Part shown: positions 1-10,047 of the stretch, in pieces
Position numbering within the stretch: the first letter of the stretch is position 1
How the letters are laid out: the number at the start of each line of letters is the position of its first letter
Assembly (NCBI GenBank): GCA_963738405.1
Contig: CAVTWJ010000001.1
Span: forward strand, 64,001 to 128,000
DNA length: 64,000 nucleotides
Direction of reading: 5' to 3'
Source: a candidate division FCPU426 bacterium
GTDB lineage: Bacteria; Oederibacteriota; Muellerivitia; Muellerivitales; Muellerivitaceae
Notes under the pieces: generated by a model
What the model saw: only the letters and a program-made list of their open reading frames with translations
The model's database searches: none
Told to the model about the DNA's origin: nothing
Program-made: the position numbers and the translations under genes

Positions 1-2
1 TG

Positions 3-365
3 GTGCCCCATAGTATCCGTGAGGCTTCTTGGGCCTTGGGGGTTCCGCAGTGGAGAACCATCCTGAGTATTGTGATCCGTACCGCCAAAAACGGAATCCT
101 AACAGGGGTTCTTTTATCGATTGCCCGCATCGCCGGGGAAACCGCGCCCTTGCTTTTCACTTCCTTCAACAACCAGTTCTGGGCCAAGGGCATAAACGAA
201 CCCACGGCCTCCTTGACCGTTCAGGTGTTCACCTATGCCATTTCACCCTTTCAGGACTGGCATGACCAGGCCTGGAGCGGGGCGTTAGCCTTGTTAATTC
301 TCGTATTGGCAATTAATTTGTCGGCGAAGCTATTTTTCAAGAATCCAAGGCAGATGTTGAGATAG
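3..365 (+). CDS. pstA: Phosphate ABC transporter permease, 5'-truncated by window edge
   Basis: EASWALG (EAA loop), [13 protein letters not shown] motif; directly upstream of pstB and phoU. Confidence 0.95.
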   Translation: MPHSIREASWALGVPQWRTILSIVIRTAKNGILTGVLLSIARIAGETAPLLFTSFNNQFWAKGINEPTASLTVQVFTYAISPFQDWHDQAWSGALALLILVLAINLSAKLFFKNPRQMLR

Positions 366-438
366 GATCATGGTCCGGACCACCCATCGGAGGCGAAAGC
401 CTAAGGTGTCCCCGGACGTGAAAATGAGGGGGAGAAAG

Positions 439-1305
439 ATGGTGGAGAACACAATGGAAAAAACTAACGAAAGCAAAAAAATGGATTCCTCGAAGGTCGA
501 CATGAAAAAAATGGAAATTTCCCACGAGAACGGAAACGCGAACGCCAAGTTGAAGATGGAAGCGAAGGATGTTTGCGCTTGGTTCGGCGACAAGCAGGCG
601 CTTTACTCCGTCAATATGGAAATCAAGGAAAAGGAAGTCACGGCCATTATCGGCCCTTCGGGTTGCGGTAAATCCACCTTGATCCGCTGCTTTAACCGTA
701 TGCACGAAACGGTGCCAGGCTCCCGATTTGGGGGCGATATCACCTTGGAAGGAAACAGCATATTTGGATCTAACATGGATCCGGTCGCCGTTCGCAGGCG
801 GGTCGGAATGGTTTTCCAGAAACCCACTCCTTTTCCGACGCTCTCCATTTATGAAAACGTAGTGATTGGCTTACGGCTCAACAGCGGAATTCACGACCAT
901 AAAATTTTATCTGAAAAAGTTGAGTCCAGCCTACGCAAGGCGGCCCTTTGGGATGAAGTAAAAGACAACATTCACAAACCTGGGTCCGCTCTTTCCGGGG
1001 GACAGCAACAGCGCCTTTGCATCGCCCGCGCTCTGGCGGTCGACCTGGAAGTGCTTCTGATGGACGAACCCTGTTCGGCTTTGGACCCGATCTCCACCTC
1101 GAAGATTGAGGAGCTGATCCATGAACTCCGCCAAAATTACACCATCATCATCGTCACGCACAACATGCAGCAGGCCGCGCGCGTTTCCCAAAAGACGGCT
1201 TTTATGCTTAACGGAAAGCTCATCGAGTACGATAACACTGAAAAGGTTTTCACCAACCCGTCCAACAAACTGACGGAAGATTACATTACGGGTCGGTTTG
1301 GCTGA
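439..1305 (+). CDS. pstB: Phosphate ABC transporter ATPase
   Basis: Walker [36 protein letters not shown]-terminal EDYITGRFG; start placed at ATG 439 after GAGGGGGAG (ORF track starts at 370). Confidence 0.95.
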   Translation: MVENTMEKTNESKKMDSSKVDMKKMEISHENGNANAKLKMEAKDVCAWFGDKQALYSVNMEIKEKEVTAIIGPSGCGKSTLIRCFNRMHETVPGSRFGGDITLEGNSIFGSNMDPVAVRRRVGMVFQKPTPFPTLSIYENVVIGLRLNSGIHDHKILSEKVESSLRKAALWDEVKDNIHKPGSALSGGQQQRLCIARALAVDLEVLLMDEPCSALDPISTSKIEELIHELRQNYTIIIVTHNMQQAARVSQKTAFMLNGKLIEYDNTEKVFTNPSNKLTEDYITGRFG

Positions 1306-1375
1306 TCAAGAGATTTCGGATTAGGATGCTCTAATGGCCGATACCCAAGAACTGATTTCAAAGGGGGCTGGTTCA

Positions 1376-2032
1376 ATGCAGATTACATTTGATGAGGAAT
1401 TGGCGGGCCTAAAGGAAAAGATTTTGTTGATGGGAAGCCGGGTGGAGGAATCCATCCGCCTGTCGATCAAGTCCCTCGTGGATCGGGACAGCAAACTTTC
1501 CAGGCAGGTCATCCAGGGCGACCGGGATATCAACGATTTGGAAATCGAGATTGATGAAATTTGCCACCGCCTCTTGGCCCTCCACCAGCCCATGGCCGGA
1601 GACATGCGTTTTATCACCAGTTCCATGAAAATCAACTCGGACTTGGAACGCATGGGAGACTTGGCCGTCAATATTTGCGAACGGGCGCTGACCTTAAACG
1701 AAGTGGCTCCCTTGAAGCCCTTGATCGATATCCCAAGGCTGGCCAACATCACCCAGGAAATGCTGAAAAGTTCTCTCGATTCCTTGGTGAACCGTGATTC
1801 GGCCATGGCGCGAAAGGTTTGCGAAAGAGACGACGAGGTGGACAGCCTCAATGACCAATTGATCCGCGAGCTGATCAGCTACATGTTGGATGATCGGGCC
1901 AACATCAAGCGGGCCTTGGATCTCATCCTCATTTCCCGCTACCTGGAAAGAATCGCCGACCACGCCACCAACATCGGTGAAGATGTGATCTACATGGTGG
2001 ATGGCAAGGATATCCGCCACCGAAGGGGATAG
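1376..2032 (+). CDS. phoU: Phosphate signalling/transport regulator PhoU
   Basis: Two PhoU repeats (DLERMGDLAVNI, YLERIADHATNIGE); follows pstB; ATG 1376 after AAGGGGG. Confidence 0.95.
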   Translation: MQITFDEELAGLKEKILLMGSRVEESIRLSIKSLVDRDSKLSRQVIQGDRDINDLEIEIDEICHRLLALHQPMAGDMRFITSSMKINSDLERMGDLAVNICERALTLNEVAPLKPLIDIPRLANITQEMLKSSLDSLVNRDSAMARKVCERDDEVDSLNDQLIRELISYMLDDRANIKRALDLILISRYLERIADHATNIGEDVIYMVDGKDIRHRRG

Positions 2033-2065
2033 TTCGAGTTTTTTGTAGTCAATTGAGTACAGTTT

Positions 2066-2098
2066 AAAAGCCTGAAACCATCTGGTTTCGGGCTTTTT
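2066..2098 (+). terminator. Intrinsic terminator of the pst operon
   Basis: AAAAGCCTGAAACCA-TC-TGGTTTCGGGCTTTTT hairpin with T tract after phoU. Confidence 0.8.
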
Positions 2099-2293
2099 AT
2101 TTTAAAGGGGTAAGAGGATTCTTTTTTTGTCTCGGAGGTTTTTCCCTTTAACCAAAGTTTTAAGTAATCAAGCGGTTCAAATCGGGGGATGGCCGGGAAG
2201 GCTGGAAATGAGTTGTTCATGTTTCTACGAAAAACCAAGGTTTGAGTTTTTGTGTAGCAACAGGTTTTGACTCAAGAAGTTCAGGGGAAACGA

Positions 2294-2322
2294 TTGAAAA
2301 AGGAAGGTGATTAAAATACACT
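2294..2322 (+). promoter_or_regulatory. Sigma70-type promoter of csp gene
   Basis: TTGAAA-17 nt-TACACT about 105 nt upstream of the csp ATG. Confidence 0.65.
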
Positions 2323-2427
2323 TAATTCGCCGTTAATTGTGCCCGGACGGCGGTCTTCATGGGTGGGCAGTGACCCGATCCACCATGGGGCAGAACGCAG
2401 GGTGCGGAATAGAAAGGAATCGGAAAG

Positions 2428-2634
2428 ATGCCAACGGGACGAGTGAAATGGTTCAACGCCGGCAAGGGATATGGCTTTATCGAGCAGGAAGGCGGAGAGG
2501 ACCTTTTCGTTCATTTTTCCGCCATCCAAGGTGATGGCTTCAAGACCCTCACGGCGGGCCAAGAAGTGACCTTTGAGATCGTCCAGGGCGCGAAGGGAAA
2601 ACAGGCCGCGAATGTGGTCAAGACCGGCGGCTGA
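2428..2634 (+). CDS. cspA: Cold-shock protein
   Basis: GRVKWFN, KGYGFI (RNP1), LFVHFSAI (RNP2); 68 aa. Confidence 0.95.
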   Translation: MPTGRVKWFNAGKGYGFIEQEGGEDLFVHFSAIQGDGFKTLTAGQEVTFEIVQGAKGKQAANVVKTGG

Positions 2635-2648
2635 CCGATATCCTTATC

Positions 2649-2678
2649 AGGCTTCGCTCACCGCGGGGCCTTTTTTTA
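2649..2678 (+). terminator. Intrinsic terminator after csp
   Basis: AGGCTTCGC-TCACC-GCGGGGCCT followed by T run. Confidence 0.75.
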
Positions 2679-2733
2679 TTTCCTAACCCTCATTCAAACA
2701 ACCTCACCTCACTCTCATTAAAGGACGCCCGGC

Positions 2734-3492
2734 ATGGTCCGAAAAAAGTCAAAGATTCCCCAGACTTTTGAAACGGTCGCTCCCGGCGGCGCCCCAGGCC
2801 AAGGGGCCGGGGGGGGTGATGTGCTGGCATTTGGAGCCCATCCTGATGACGTTGAGATCGCCATGGGAGGCACCCTTCTCGCCCTCAGGGAAAGGGGCGC
2901 CAAGGTGGTGGTTTGCCACCTGACTGATGGGGAACCCACTCCCTACGGAAATCGCAAGCTAAGGTTCAAGGAAGCAGCGAAAGCCGCCAGGGTTTTGGGC
3001 CTTTATGACTACCTGATCCTTCCGATGAAAAATAGAAAACTGAAAGATACCCTTCCCGCGCGCAGGGAAGTGGCACAGGTGATGCGCCGGTTCCGCCCCG
3101 CCGTTATTTTCGCTCCCTATTGGGTGGACGCCCATCCGGACCATTGGGGCGCCAGCGAGCTGGTTCAGGCCGCACGCTTTTGGGCCAAGCTGGTCAAGAC
3201 CGACATGAAGGGGGAGCCCTGGTATCCTCCCAAACTCTATTACCACCTTTGTTCCCATCTGCGTCCCAACGTTCAGCCTTCTTTTATTGTGGATACTTCC
3301 AAACACCACGAAACTAAACTAAAAGCGGTGGCCTGTTACGAGAGCCAGTTCATTAAAAAGCCTGGAAGCCGGGCGCTAGAACATATCAATATCTTCAACC
3401 GTTACTTCGGGGCCATGATCGGAACCCAAACGGGCGAGCCCTTTTTCTCTAAAGAAAACCTTGGGGTTGCCGACCCTCGACTCTTCCTTTAA
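2734..3492 (+). CDS. PIG-L/LmbE family N-acetyl-sugar deacetylase (BshB1-like)
   Basis: AHPDDVE and DAHPDH zinc motifs, KLKAVACYESQF. Confidence 0.85.
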   Translation: MVRKKSKIPQTFETVAPGGAPGQGAGGGDVLAFGAHPDDVEIAMGGTLLALRERGAKVVVCHLTDGEPTPYGNRKLRFKEAAKAARVLGLYDYLILPMKNRKLKDTLPARREVAQVMRRFRPAVIFAPYWVDAHPDHWGASELVQAARFWAKLVKTDMKGEPWYPPKLYYHLCSHLRPNVQPSFIVDTSKHHETKLKAVACYESQFIKKPGSRALEHINIFNRYFGAMIGTQTGEPFFSKENLGVADPRLFL

Positions 3493-3510
3493 CCCCTTCT
3501 TTCACCCTCT

Positions 3511-3568
3511 AAAAAAGTATACGAGTGTATACTTTTTTCTTGACGTAAGCCTTTTCGGCCCCTAGGAT
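3511..3568 (+). promoter_or_regulatory. recA promoter with abutting perfect inverted repeat
   Basis: AAAAAAGTATAC-GAGT-GTATACTTTTTT at 3511-3538, then TTGACG (3540)-17 nt-TAGGAT (3563). Confidence 0.75.
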
Positions 3569-3604
3569 GAAAACAAATTCAGGAAGACACACAAGGAGAG
3601 GGTT

Positions 3605-4735
3605 ATGGCGAGCGAAAAACAAAGGGCGTTGGATTCGGCGATCCTGCAGATTGAGAAAGACCATGGAAAGGGCGCTATCATGCGCCTCGGCGAGGCCAAG
3701 GTTCAGGACGTTAAGTCCATCTCCACGGGCGCCATTTCGGTGGATATCGCCACTGGTATCGGGGGGGTACCCCGGGGCCGAATCGTTGAGGTTTATGGGC
3801 CCGAATCCTCGGGTAAAACCACCCTCACCCTCCATATTGTGGCGGAGGCCCAGAAGGCCGGCGGAACGGCGGTATTTATCGACGCCGAACATGCCATGGA
3901 TCCGGTTTACGCCCGCAAATTGGGTGTCAATGTGGACGAGCTCCTTATTTCCCAGCCCGATTCGGCCGAGGAAGCCCTTCAAATCGCCGATACCTTAATC
4001 CGCTCCGGCGCCATTGACGTGCTGGTCATTGACTCGGTAGCGGCCCTCGCTCCCCGTGCCGAGTTGGAAGGTGAAATGGGCGACGCCCATGTGGGCCTCC
4101 AGGCCCGGTTGATGAGCCAGGCCTTGCGCAAACTCACCGCTTTGCTTTCCAAATCCCATACCAGCGCCATCTTTATCAACCAGATCCGTGAAAAGATCGG
4201 GGTCATGTTCGGCAATCCCGAAACCACGCCCGGAGGCCGGGCCCTTAAGTTTTACGCCTCCATGAGGTTGGAAGTGCGCCGGGTGGAATCCATCAAGGTC
4301 GGGGACCAAAATATCGGCAACAAGGTCAAGGTCAAGGTGGTCAAAAACAAAACCGCCCAGCCCTTTAGGGAGGGTCTTTTCGACATCATTTTCGGCGAGG
4401 GAATATCCAAAGAAGGTTCCTTGATCGATGTGGGGGTGGAGAAGGAAATCGTCGACAAGAGCGGGACTTGGCTTTCCTACGGCGAACACAAGATGGGCCA
4501 GGGCCGGGACGCGGCCAAGCAGTTCCTGAAGGATCATCCTGAAGTCGCGAAGGAAATCGAGAAAAAGATTAAGGAAAAGACAGGTCTTCTGCCCGCACCG
4601 GTGGTGGCCGGGGAACCGAAGGACAAGGCGGAAACTAAAGTCGAAGCTAAACCCGAAGCGAAACGTGAAGCCGCTTTCGTTCCAACGGAAAAAGCCAAGG
4701 AAGCGGAAAAACAAAAAGTGGCTTTGAAGAAGTAA
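3605..4735 (+). CDS. recA: Recombinase A
   Basis: [49 protein letters not shown]. Confidence 0.99.
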   Translation: MASEKQRALDSAILQIEKDHGKGAIMRLGEAKVQDVKSISTGAISVDIATGIGGVPRGRIVEVYGPESSGKTTLTLHIVAEAQKAGGTAVFIDAEHAMDPVYARKLGVNVDELLISQPDSAEEALQIADTLIRSGAIDVLVIDSVAALAPRAELEGEMGDAHVGLQARLMSQALRKLTALLSKSHTSAIFINQIREKIGVMFGNPETTPGGRALKFYASMRLEVRRVESIKVGDQNIGNKVKVKVVKNKTAQPFREGLFDIIFGEGISKEGSLIDVGVEKEIVDKSGTWLSYGEHKMGQGRDAAKQFLKDHPEVAKEIEKKIKEKTGLLPAPVVAGEPKDKAETKVEAKPEAKREAAFVPTEKAKEAEKQKVALKK

Positions 4736-4773
4736 AAAAATGGTTAAATCAGTTTCGAAACTGATTCATGTTT

Positions 4774-4810
4774 AAAAAGAGCGGGAATCCCTGGGGTTCC
4801 CGCTCTTTTT
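4774..4810 (+). terminator. Intrinsic (likely bidirectional) terminator after recA
   Basis: AAAAAGAGCGGGAATCCC-T-GGGGTTCCCGCTCTTTTT. Confidence 0.85.
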
Positions 4811-4894
4811 GTTATTGGGGGTTCCAAAGCCGCCTTCCAATTGGCGCAGTCCCGGCTAAAATAGTGGCCAATCCAAATCGATGAAGAGAGAGCC

Positions 4895-7243
4895 ATGAAG
4901 AAAGAAAAGGGTGCCATGAATAAACTTGTGAAGTTCATCCTGGTCGGCGGCGGGGTTTTGCTGGCTTTGTTCGTTCTGCTTTTAATCGTGGCGGCCATCG
5001 CCATTCCCATCCTTCTTCCTCCAGCCAAGATGAAGGCTATGGCGACTGAAAAGCTTTCCGAAACCCTCAAGCACAAGGTCACTGTTGGTAAGGTGAGTTT
5101 CAACGTTTTGAGCGGTTTTGATGTACAGGATTTGAAAGTCGCCAACCGGGCTGGGTGGGCGGATTCGCCCCTTTTGGCGGCCAAAGATATTTCGATCTCC
5201 TACCACCTGTTTCCCCTGTTGTGGGGTCAGGTCTCTCTGGGTGAAATCGTCATCAACCAGCCCGACATTCTGGTCGAGCGCAGAGGCCTGAATTCATTTA
5301 ACTTTAGCGATATGACCGGGACTGGAACCGCCGAAGCGGCACCTGCGCCTGCGGTACCCGCCGCGACCAAAGCGAAGGCTAAATCCAAAACCAAACCTAA
5401 ATCGAAGAAAAAAACGAAACGCCATGCGGAGCTTCCCGCAGTTCGTGACACGCAAACCGCCTCCAGCGGCTGGCTGGTGGGCCAAGCTTGGGCGGATACC
5501 ACCATGCCTGCTTCGGCTTCGAAATCCACTAAATCCTCTTTGAATATCTCGGTCGACGGCCTGAATATCGTTCATGGGAAGATGGTCTTTATGGATGAAA
5601 CCGTCTCGCCTGCCCAGCGCTACGATTTAAAAGACCTTAATTTCCATATTAAGAACATCTCCCTGATCGGCGGAAAAAGCGCCTTCGCCATGAGCACCCC
5701 CTTTGAGTACAACAAGCTCAATTACCAGCTTTCCATGAACGGGGGTTACTGCTATTTCCTGTCCAGTCAAACGATCAAGGAACTGACGCTTTCGGGAACG
5801 GTGAATGATCTGGGTTTCAAGCTTACAGGTGATGCCGCCACCATGAGCGATAATTTCACGCCCAATATGGACGGTGAGGCCAGCTTGGATATGCTGAAGT
5901 TCTCCGGTCTTGTTCCGCGGAGCCTGTCTTCCATGCCTCCCGGCCTCTCCCTCACTGGCCCGGCCAAGGTTGATTTTCACCTGGGCGGAAGCATTAAAAA
6001 CGGTTTAGAGCTGTCAGGCACTGCCGATGGTTCGGATTTGGCCATCGCCTATCAGGACCTGTTCGTCAAAACGGCCAAGACCACCTGCAAAGTGAACTTT
6101 AAAAGCGTGATCGGCCAAAACTCCTACGACCTGCCCTCCTTCAGCGTTTTGTATCAGGATTGGGAAGTGGACGGGTCGTTCCATCATCCGAATGGGGCTC
6201 CATGGACCTGCTCAGTCCAATCCAAGGCCCTGCCTCTCAAAGGCATTTCGGACATGGTTCCGAAATTCAAAAAGGATACCTTTGGCGGGGATATGTCAGT
6301 CAACGTAGCTTTCGCCGAGTCCAAGGGAAAGGCCACGCCCTTTACCTATAACGGCCAGGTTGTTCTTAAGGATGTCGCCATCACCCTGCCCAATGAACCC
6401 TATCTGGAGAATCTTAACAGCGTCATTTATCTCGCCGGGAACTCCGTCCGGGTTCCCTCGGCCACTTTCCAATCCTTTGACGGGTCGGGATTGGCGGGCG
6501 TGACGGTCACCCTGGGCGCGGTGCCCGCCTATTCTTACGCCTTCCGGCTCAAGGACGTGAACGGCCAAAAGGCCATTAACGCCAGCGTGGACGCCTATGT
6601 CACCCAAAGTCCTGAAAATTTCAAAGATAAAATCTACGGCACCATGAACTTGGCCTATGCCGGGTTGGGAAAGGGATTTTCGGGAGATGCCATGATGGCC
6701 AGCCAGGTGGGCGGTGGGAGCTATACGATTGAGAAATCCAGGGTCAAGGGATTCGCGGTGATCAAATCAATCAACCAATACTTCAAGGATAACAGTGACG
6801 AGATCGATTTCGAGCAGATCGCCGGAAACCTGAGCATGAGAAACAAGGTTTTCACCTACACCGCCAATACGACAGGCCAGGTGGGGACCATTCGGGAAAC
6901 GGGCGCCATCAATGTGGTGGAAATGGCCTACGCGCCGGACATGAAAATCCAGTGCGACATCAAGAAGCAATTCCTCAATTCCGACTCCCTCCTCTCGGGT
7001 GTTCCCGGCGAGGTGAAGGGCCTGGTCAAGAACGGGGATTGGATCGCGGACGACAACGGCAACGTGCCCATCGACATCAAGTTTTCAGGACCGGTGAAGC
7101 AAAACAATTGGTCTTACGATTGGGGCCGGCTGACGCAGAACGTTAAGAACAAATTGGGCAAAGAATTGCAGAATGCCGCCGGGGATACGATCCAGCAAAA
7201 GGCTCAGGACCTGGGCAACCAGTTGAAGGGTCTATTCCACTAA
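4895..7243 (+). CDS. AsmA-family envelope (lipid-bridge-like) protein
   Basis: N-terminal TM anchor, ISISYHLFPLLWGQVSLGEIVINQPDILVER...FNFSD AsmA-N pattern, beta-rich body, C-terminal VPIDIKFSGP. Confidence 0.75.
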   Translation: MKKEKGAMNKLVKFILVGGGVLLALFVLLLIVAAIAIPILLPPAKMKAMATEKLSETLKHKVTVGKVSFNVLSGFDVQDLKVANRAGWADSPLLAAKDISISYHLFPLLWGQVSLGEIVINQPDILVERRGLNSFNFSDMTGTGTAEAAPAPAVPAATKAKAKSKTKPKSKKKTKRHAELPAVRDTQTASSGWLVGQAWADTTMPASASKSTKSSLNISVDGLNIVHGKMVFMDETVSPAQRYDLKDLNFHIKNISLIGGKSAFAMSTPFEYNKLNYQLSMNGGYCYFLSSQTIKELTLSGTVNDLGFKLTGDAATMSDNFTPNMDGEASLDMLKFSGLVPRSLSSMPPGLSLTGPAKVDFHLGGSIKNGLELSGTADGSDLAIAYQDLFVKTAKTTCKVNFKSVIGQNSYDLPSFSVLYQDWEVDGSFHHPNGAPWTCSVQSKALPLKGISDMVPKFKKDTFGGDMSVNVAFAESKGKATPFTYNGQVVLKDVAITLPNEPYLENLNSVIYLAGNSVRVPSATFQSFDGSGLAGVTVTLGAVPAYSYAFRLKDVNGQKAINASVDAYVTQSPENFKDKIYGTMNLAYAGLGKGFSGDAMMASQVGGGSYTIEKSRVKGFAVIKSINQYFKDNSDEIDFEQIAGNLSMRNKVFTYTANTTGQVGTIRETGAINVVEMAYAPDMKIQCDIKKQFLNSDSLLSGVPGEVKGLVKNGDWIADDNGNVPIDIKFSGPVKQNNWSYDWGRLTQNVKNKLGKELQNAAGDTIQQKAQDLGNQLKGLFH

Positions 7244-7267
7244 GAGTTATTCAGGTAACCGAGAAAG

Positions 7268-7293
7268 AAAAGCGGGGGAAACCCCGCTTTTTT
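7268..7293 (+). terminator. Intrinsic terminator
   Basis: AAAAGCGGGG-GAAA-CCCCGCTTTTTT. Confidence 0.85.
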
Positions 7294-7312
7294 ATTTTGA
7301 GAAGGAAGCGAT

Positions 7313-8581
7313 ATGGATTTGTTTTTTTCCTATATCTACAAGTTTTTGGCGAAGTTTTTGGGCGTCAATAAACATCTTCCGGATAACGCCAAGACCCTCA
7401 TCTGGATGATCGGCCTCTACGATTTCACCTTCGCCCTTTCCTCGGTCTTCATCAACGTCTTCCTCTTCCGCCAGCACAACGATTGGGGGGTGGTTTTGCC
7501 CTTCAACATCATCCAGTTTGTGTTTGTCCCCATCGGTTTTTGGTTGGGGGGCGTTCTTTCCCCCCGTTTTGGGCACCGGGCCTCCTACCAACTGGGTTTC
7601 GCCTGTTACGGTTTGCTTTTTCTATCCGTTCTCATCCTGAGGGAATCCTCCTCCCAGTACGTAGACGGGCTGGGGGTTTTGAGCGGTTTGGCCATCGGGT
7701 TCTATTACCTGGGCCAGCATTCCTTAACGCTGGATCTGACCCATCCCAAGGATCGGGACTATTTCTTTTCGCTCTACCTGCTATTAAGTTCCATCCTGAA
7801 AATTCCAGCCCCCATGCTTGCGGGCTGGGTCATTGCCTCTTTTAACACAGGAACAGGTCCCTTTTCGCTGACAGGCTATTACCTCATCTTTAGTTTCACC
7901 CTCCTCATATATATGGGCCTCATCGCACAAAGCTTTCGTCTGAAAGTACCCCATAAAACAGACGGGTTTAATGTCCGCCAGGTCTTTCTTCATCCCTGGA
8001 AAAAGGATTGGAAGGGCCTCTTAACGGCCTGGTTCTTTTCCGGTATTCGGGGCGGGGTTTTCTGGTTTGTGGCCCCTCTTTTTGTTTACAAGGTTTGGAA
8101 TAACGAATTGGCGGTTGGTAATTTCAACACCCTGACCACCTTCCTGGCGGTGGTCACCGCCTACGTGCTTTCCCGATGGGAGGGATACCAGAAACGAAAA
8201 AGCGGAATGGCCATATCCTCGGGCCTCATAGTTCTGTCCACCCTGTTGTTAGCTTTCAGCCTGGGGCCCATGGCCCTATTGCTCTTCGGCATTCTTTACA
8301 CGATCGGGGTCACCTGGTTTCAGGTGGGGTTTAGCGCCATATCCTTCGAGGTTATTGAAAATGTTGATGATTCGGGAAAACGGAAGCTGGAATATTTAAC
8401 CCTCCGTGAGATACCATTGGCGCTGGGCCGTTTGGCCGGGTTGGCCCTTTTCTGGTTTGGCTTGGCCCAATACGGCGATACGGGCATCCGCGCGGCACTG
8501 GTGGTGCTGGGGATTACCCAGTGGGGTTCTTACGCCTATTCATTTGAAAAAGATGAAAAAAGTAAGACGACTCTGGGTTGA
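7313..8581 (+). CDS. MFS transporter
   Basis: 422 aa, about 12 hydrophobic segments, GGVLSPRFGHR loop resembling MFS motif A. Confidence 0.8.
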   Translation: MDLFFSYIYKFLAKFLGVNKHLPDNAKTLIWMIGLYDFTFALSSVFINVFLFRQHNDWGVVLPFNIIQFVFVPIGFWLGGVLSPRFGHRASYQLGFACYGLLFLSVLILRESSSQYVDGLGVLSGLAIGFYYLGQHSLTLDLTHPKDRDYFFSLYLLLSSILKIPAPMLAGWVIASFNTGTGPFSLTGYYLIFSFTLLIYMGLIAQSFRLKVPHKTDGFNVRQVFLHPWKKDWKGLLTAWFFSGIRGGVFWFVAPLFVYKVWNNELAVGNFNTLTTFLAVVTAYVLSRWEGYQKRKSGMAISSGLIVLSTLLLAFSLGPMALLLFGILYTIGVTWFQVGFSAISFEVIENVDDSGKRKLEYLTLREIPLALGRLAGLALFWFGLAQYGDTGIRAALVVLGITQWGSYAYSFEKDEKSKTTLG

Positions 8582-8610
8582 TTTGAAACGGGGATTTGAA
8601 CGGAGAGAAA

Positions 8611-9276
8611 ATGATTTATGCCATCGGCGATATCCATGGATGCCTGAAGGCGTTGAAGGATTTAATAGCCCAACTGCCCTTGAAACCCGAGGACGAGGTC
8701 GTCTTCCTGGGCGATTACATCGACCGAGGGCCCGACAGCAAGGGTGTCTTGGATTATCTTCTGCAAAATCAAAAACCGAACTGGCGTTTCTTGCGGGGCA
8801 ACCACGAGCAGATGCTTTTGGAATGGCTGGGCACGCCCAATGCCATGACGGCTTCCAACTGGCTCTTGAACGGCGGTCTGCAAACCCTGCAATCCTATGT
8901 GCCGACCCAAAATATCGACGAGGTCCGCGGAGAAGGCGCCCATATGGTGCTTCAATCCCACATCCCGCCTTCTCACGCTGAGTTTTTCAATTCATTACCC
9001 CTCACCTACGAAACTCCTGATTACTTTTTCTGCCACGCGGGGGTGAACCTGGATAAGCCTCTCAACTCACAGGAACAGGACGATCTTCTTTGGATTCGCC
9101 GCAAGTTCCTGCAGGATCCCCGGCCGACCCCCAAAAAAGTTATTCACGGCCATACCCCGGTTGAGAAATTGGATCTTTCCAAGGACCGAATCGACCTGGA
9201 TACGGGTTGTGTTTACGGGGGTGCTTTAACGGCCTTGGCACTTCCGGAGATGAAGGTCTATCAGGCGAAGCAATAA
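8611..9276 (+). CDS. Calcineurin-like Ser/Thr protein phosphatase (PphA-like metallophosphoesterase)
   Basis: GDIHG, GDYIDRG, GNHE, HAG, HGHTP, DTG motifs. Confidence 0.9.
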   Translation: MIYAIGDIHGCLKALKDLIAQLPLKPEDEVVFLGDYIDRGPDSKGVLDYLLQNQKPNWRFLRGNHEQMLLEWLGTPNAMTASNWLLNGGLQTLQSYVPTQNIDEVRGEGAHMVLQSHIPPSHAEFFNSLPLTYETPDYFFCHAGVNLDKPLNSQEQDDLLWIRRKFLQDPRPTPKKVIHGHTPVEKLDLSKDRIDLDTGCVYGGALTALALPEMKVYQAKQ

Positions 9277-9291
9277 GAAAAATGGGAAGGG

Positions 9292-9975
9292 TTATCGGTC
9301 GGGTTTCTTTTCGGACTTCTTGTACTTTTTCTCGAAATCGGAAGTGGCTTTTTTCAGGGCCATCTCGGCGTGGATGTTTTCCCGCTGGGTAAATTGGGTC
9401 AATTGGAGCAAAAATTCCCCCGTCGCCTTTTCTCTCGCAAGCTTTGTTCCCCTCAATCCCTTTTGAAAATCTTTCCAAGCTTTTTGCAGGTTCTTCATAT
9501 CCTGAGGGGTTTCCGCGGTGCCGTGGTTGGTTATTTTTTCGTGCATCCGCTGGGCCCGCAAGAGGGCCGGGAGGGATTGGGGAAGTCCGTCTAAAGCCGA
9601 TTTGCGTTTGGGTTTTTCCGCCCTTTTAAGTTCTTCCCATTTACGGTTGATATCGACGATTTTACGGCTGGATTTCCCGAATACATGGGGATGCCTTCGG
9701 ACCAATTTGTCGCCTATGGTTTTGGCGACCTGTTGAAGGTTAAATTTGCGTTTTTCTTTGGCAAGCTGGGAATGAAAAACAACTTGTAGAAGCAAATCCC
9801 CAAGTTCTTCCCGCAAATGCTCCGCGTCCCCGGAGTCGATGGCTTCCAGGGTCTCGTGGGCCTCCTCCAAAAGATAGGGTTTCAAACTTTTGTGGGTTTG
9901 GCGGCGGTCCCAGGGGCATCCCCCCGGCCCCCTCAGTTTTTCCATCAATTTTTCAAGCCGCTTCACGAAATCCAT
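9292..9975 (-). CDS. mazG: Nucleoside triphosphate pyrophosphohydrolase MazG (second domain degenerate)
   Basis: LRGPGGCPWD, EEAHE, EELGDLLLQVVFHSQ, KLVRRHPHVF. Confidence 0.92.
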   Translation of the reverse strand: MDFVKRLEKLMEKLRGPGGCPWDRRQTHKSLKPYLLEEAHETLEAIDSGDAEHLREELGDLLLQVVFHSQLAKEKRKFNLQQVAKTIGDKLVRRHPHVFGKSSRKIVDINRKWEELKRAEKPKRKSALDGLPQSLPALLRAQRMHEKITNHGTAETPQDMKNLQKAWKDFQKGLRGTKLAREKATGEFLLQLTQFTQRENIHAEMALKKATSDFEKKYKKSEKKPDR

Positions 9976-10047
9976 GCTTGCCTCCGTTGGGTGGCGACTC
10001 TAACATGAACTTGATTCCTTTCCAATCCTAGCGAGGTTTCATTCCCG

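Noticed and set aside
370..438. Longer PstB N-terminus from the ORF track
   Set aside because: Better RBS before ATG 439; upstream residues are not PstB-like
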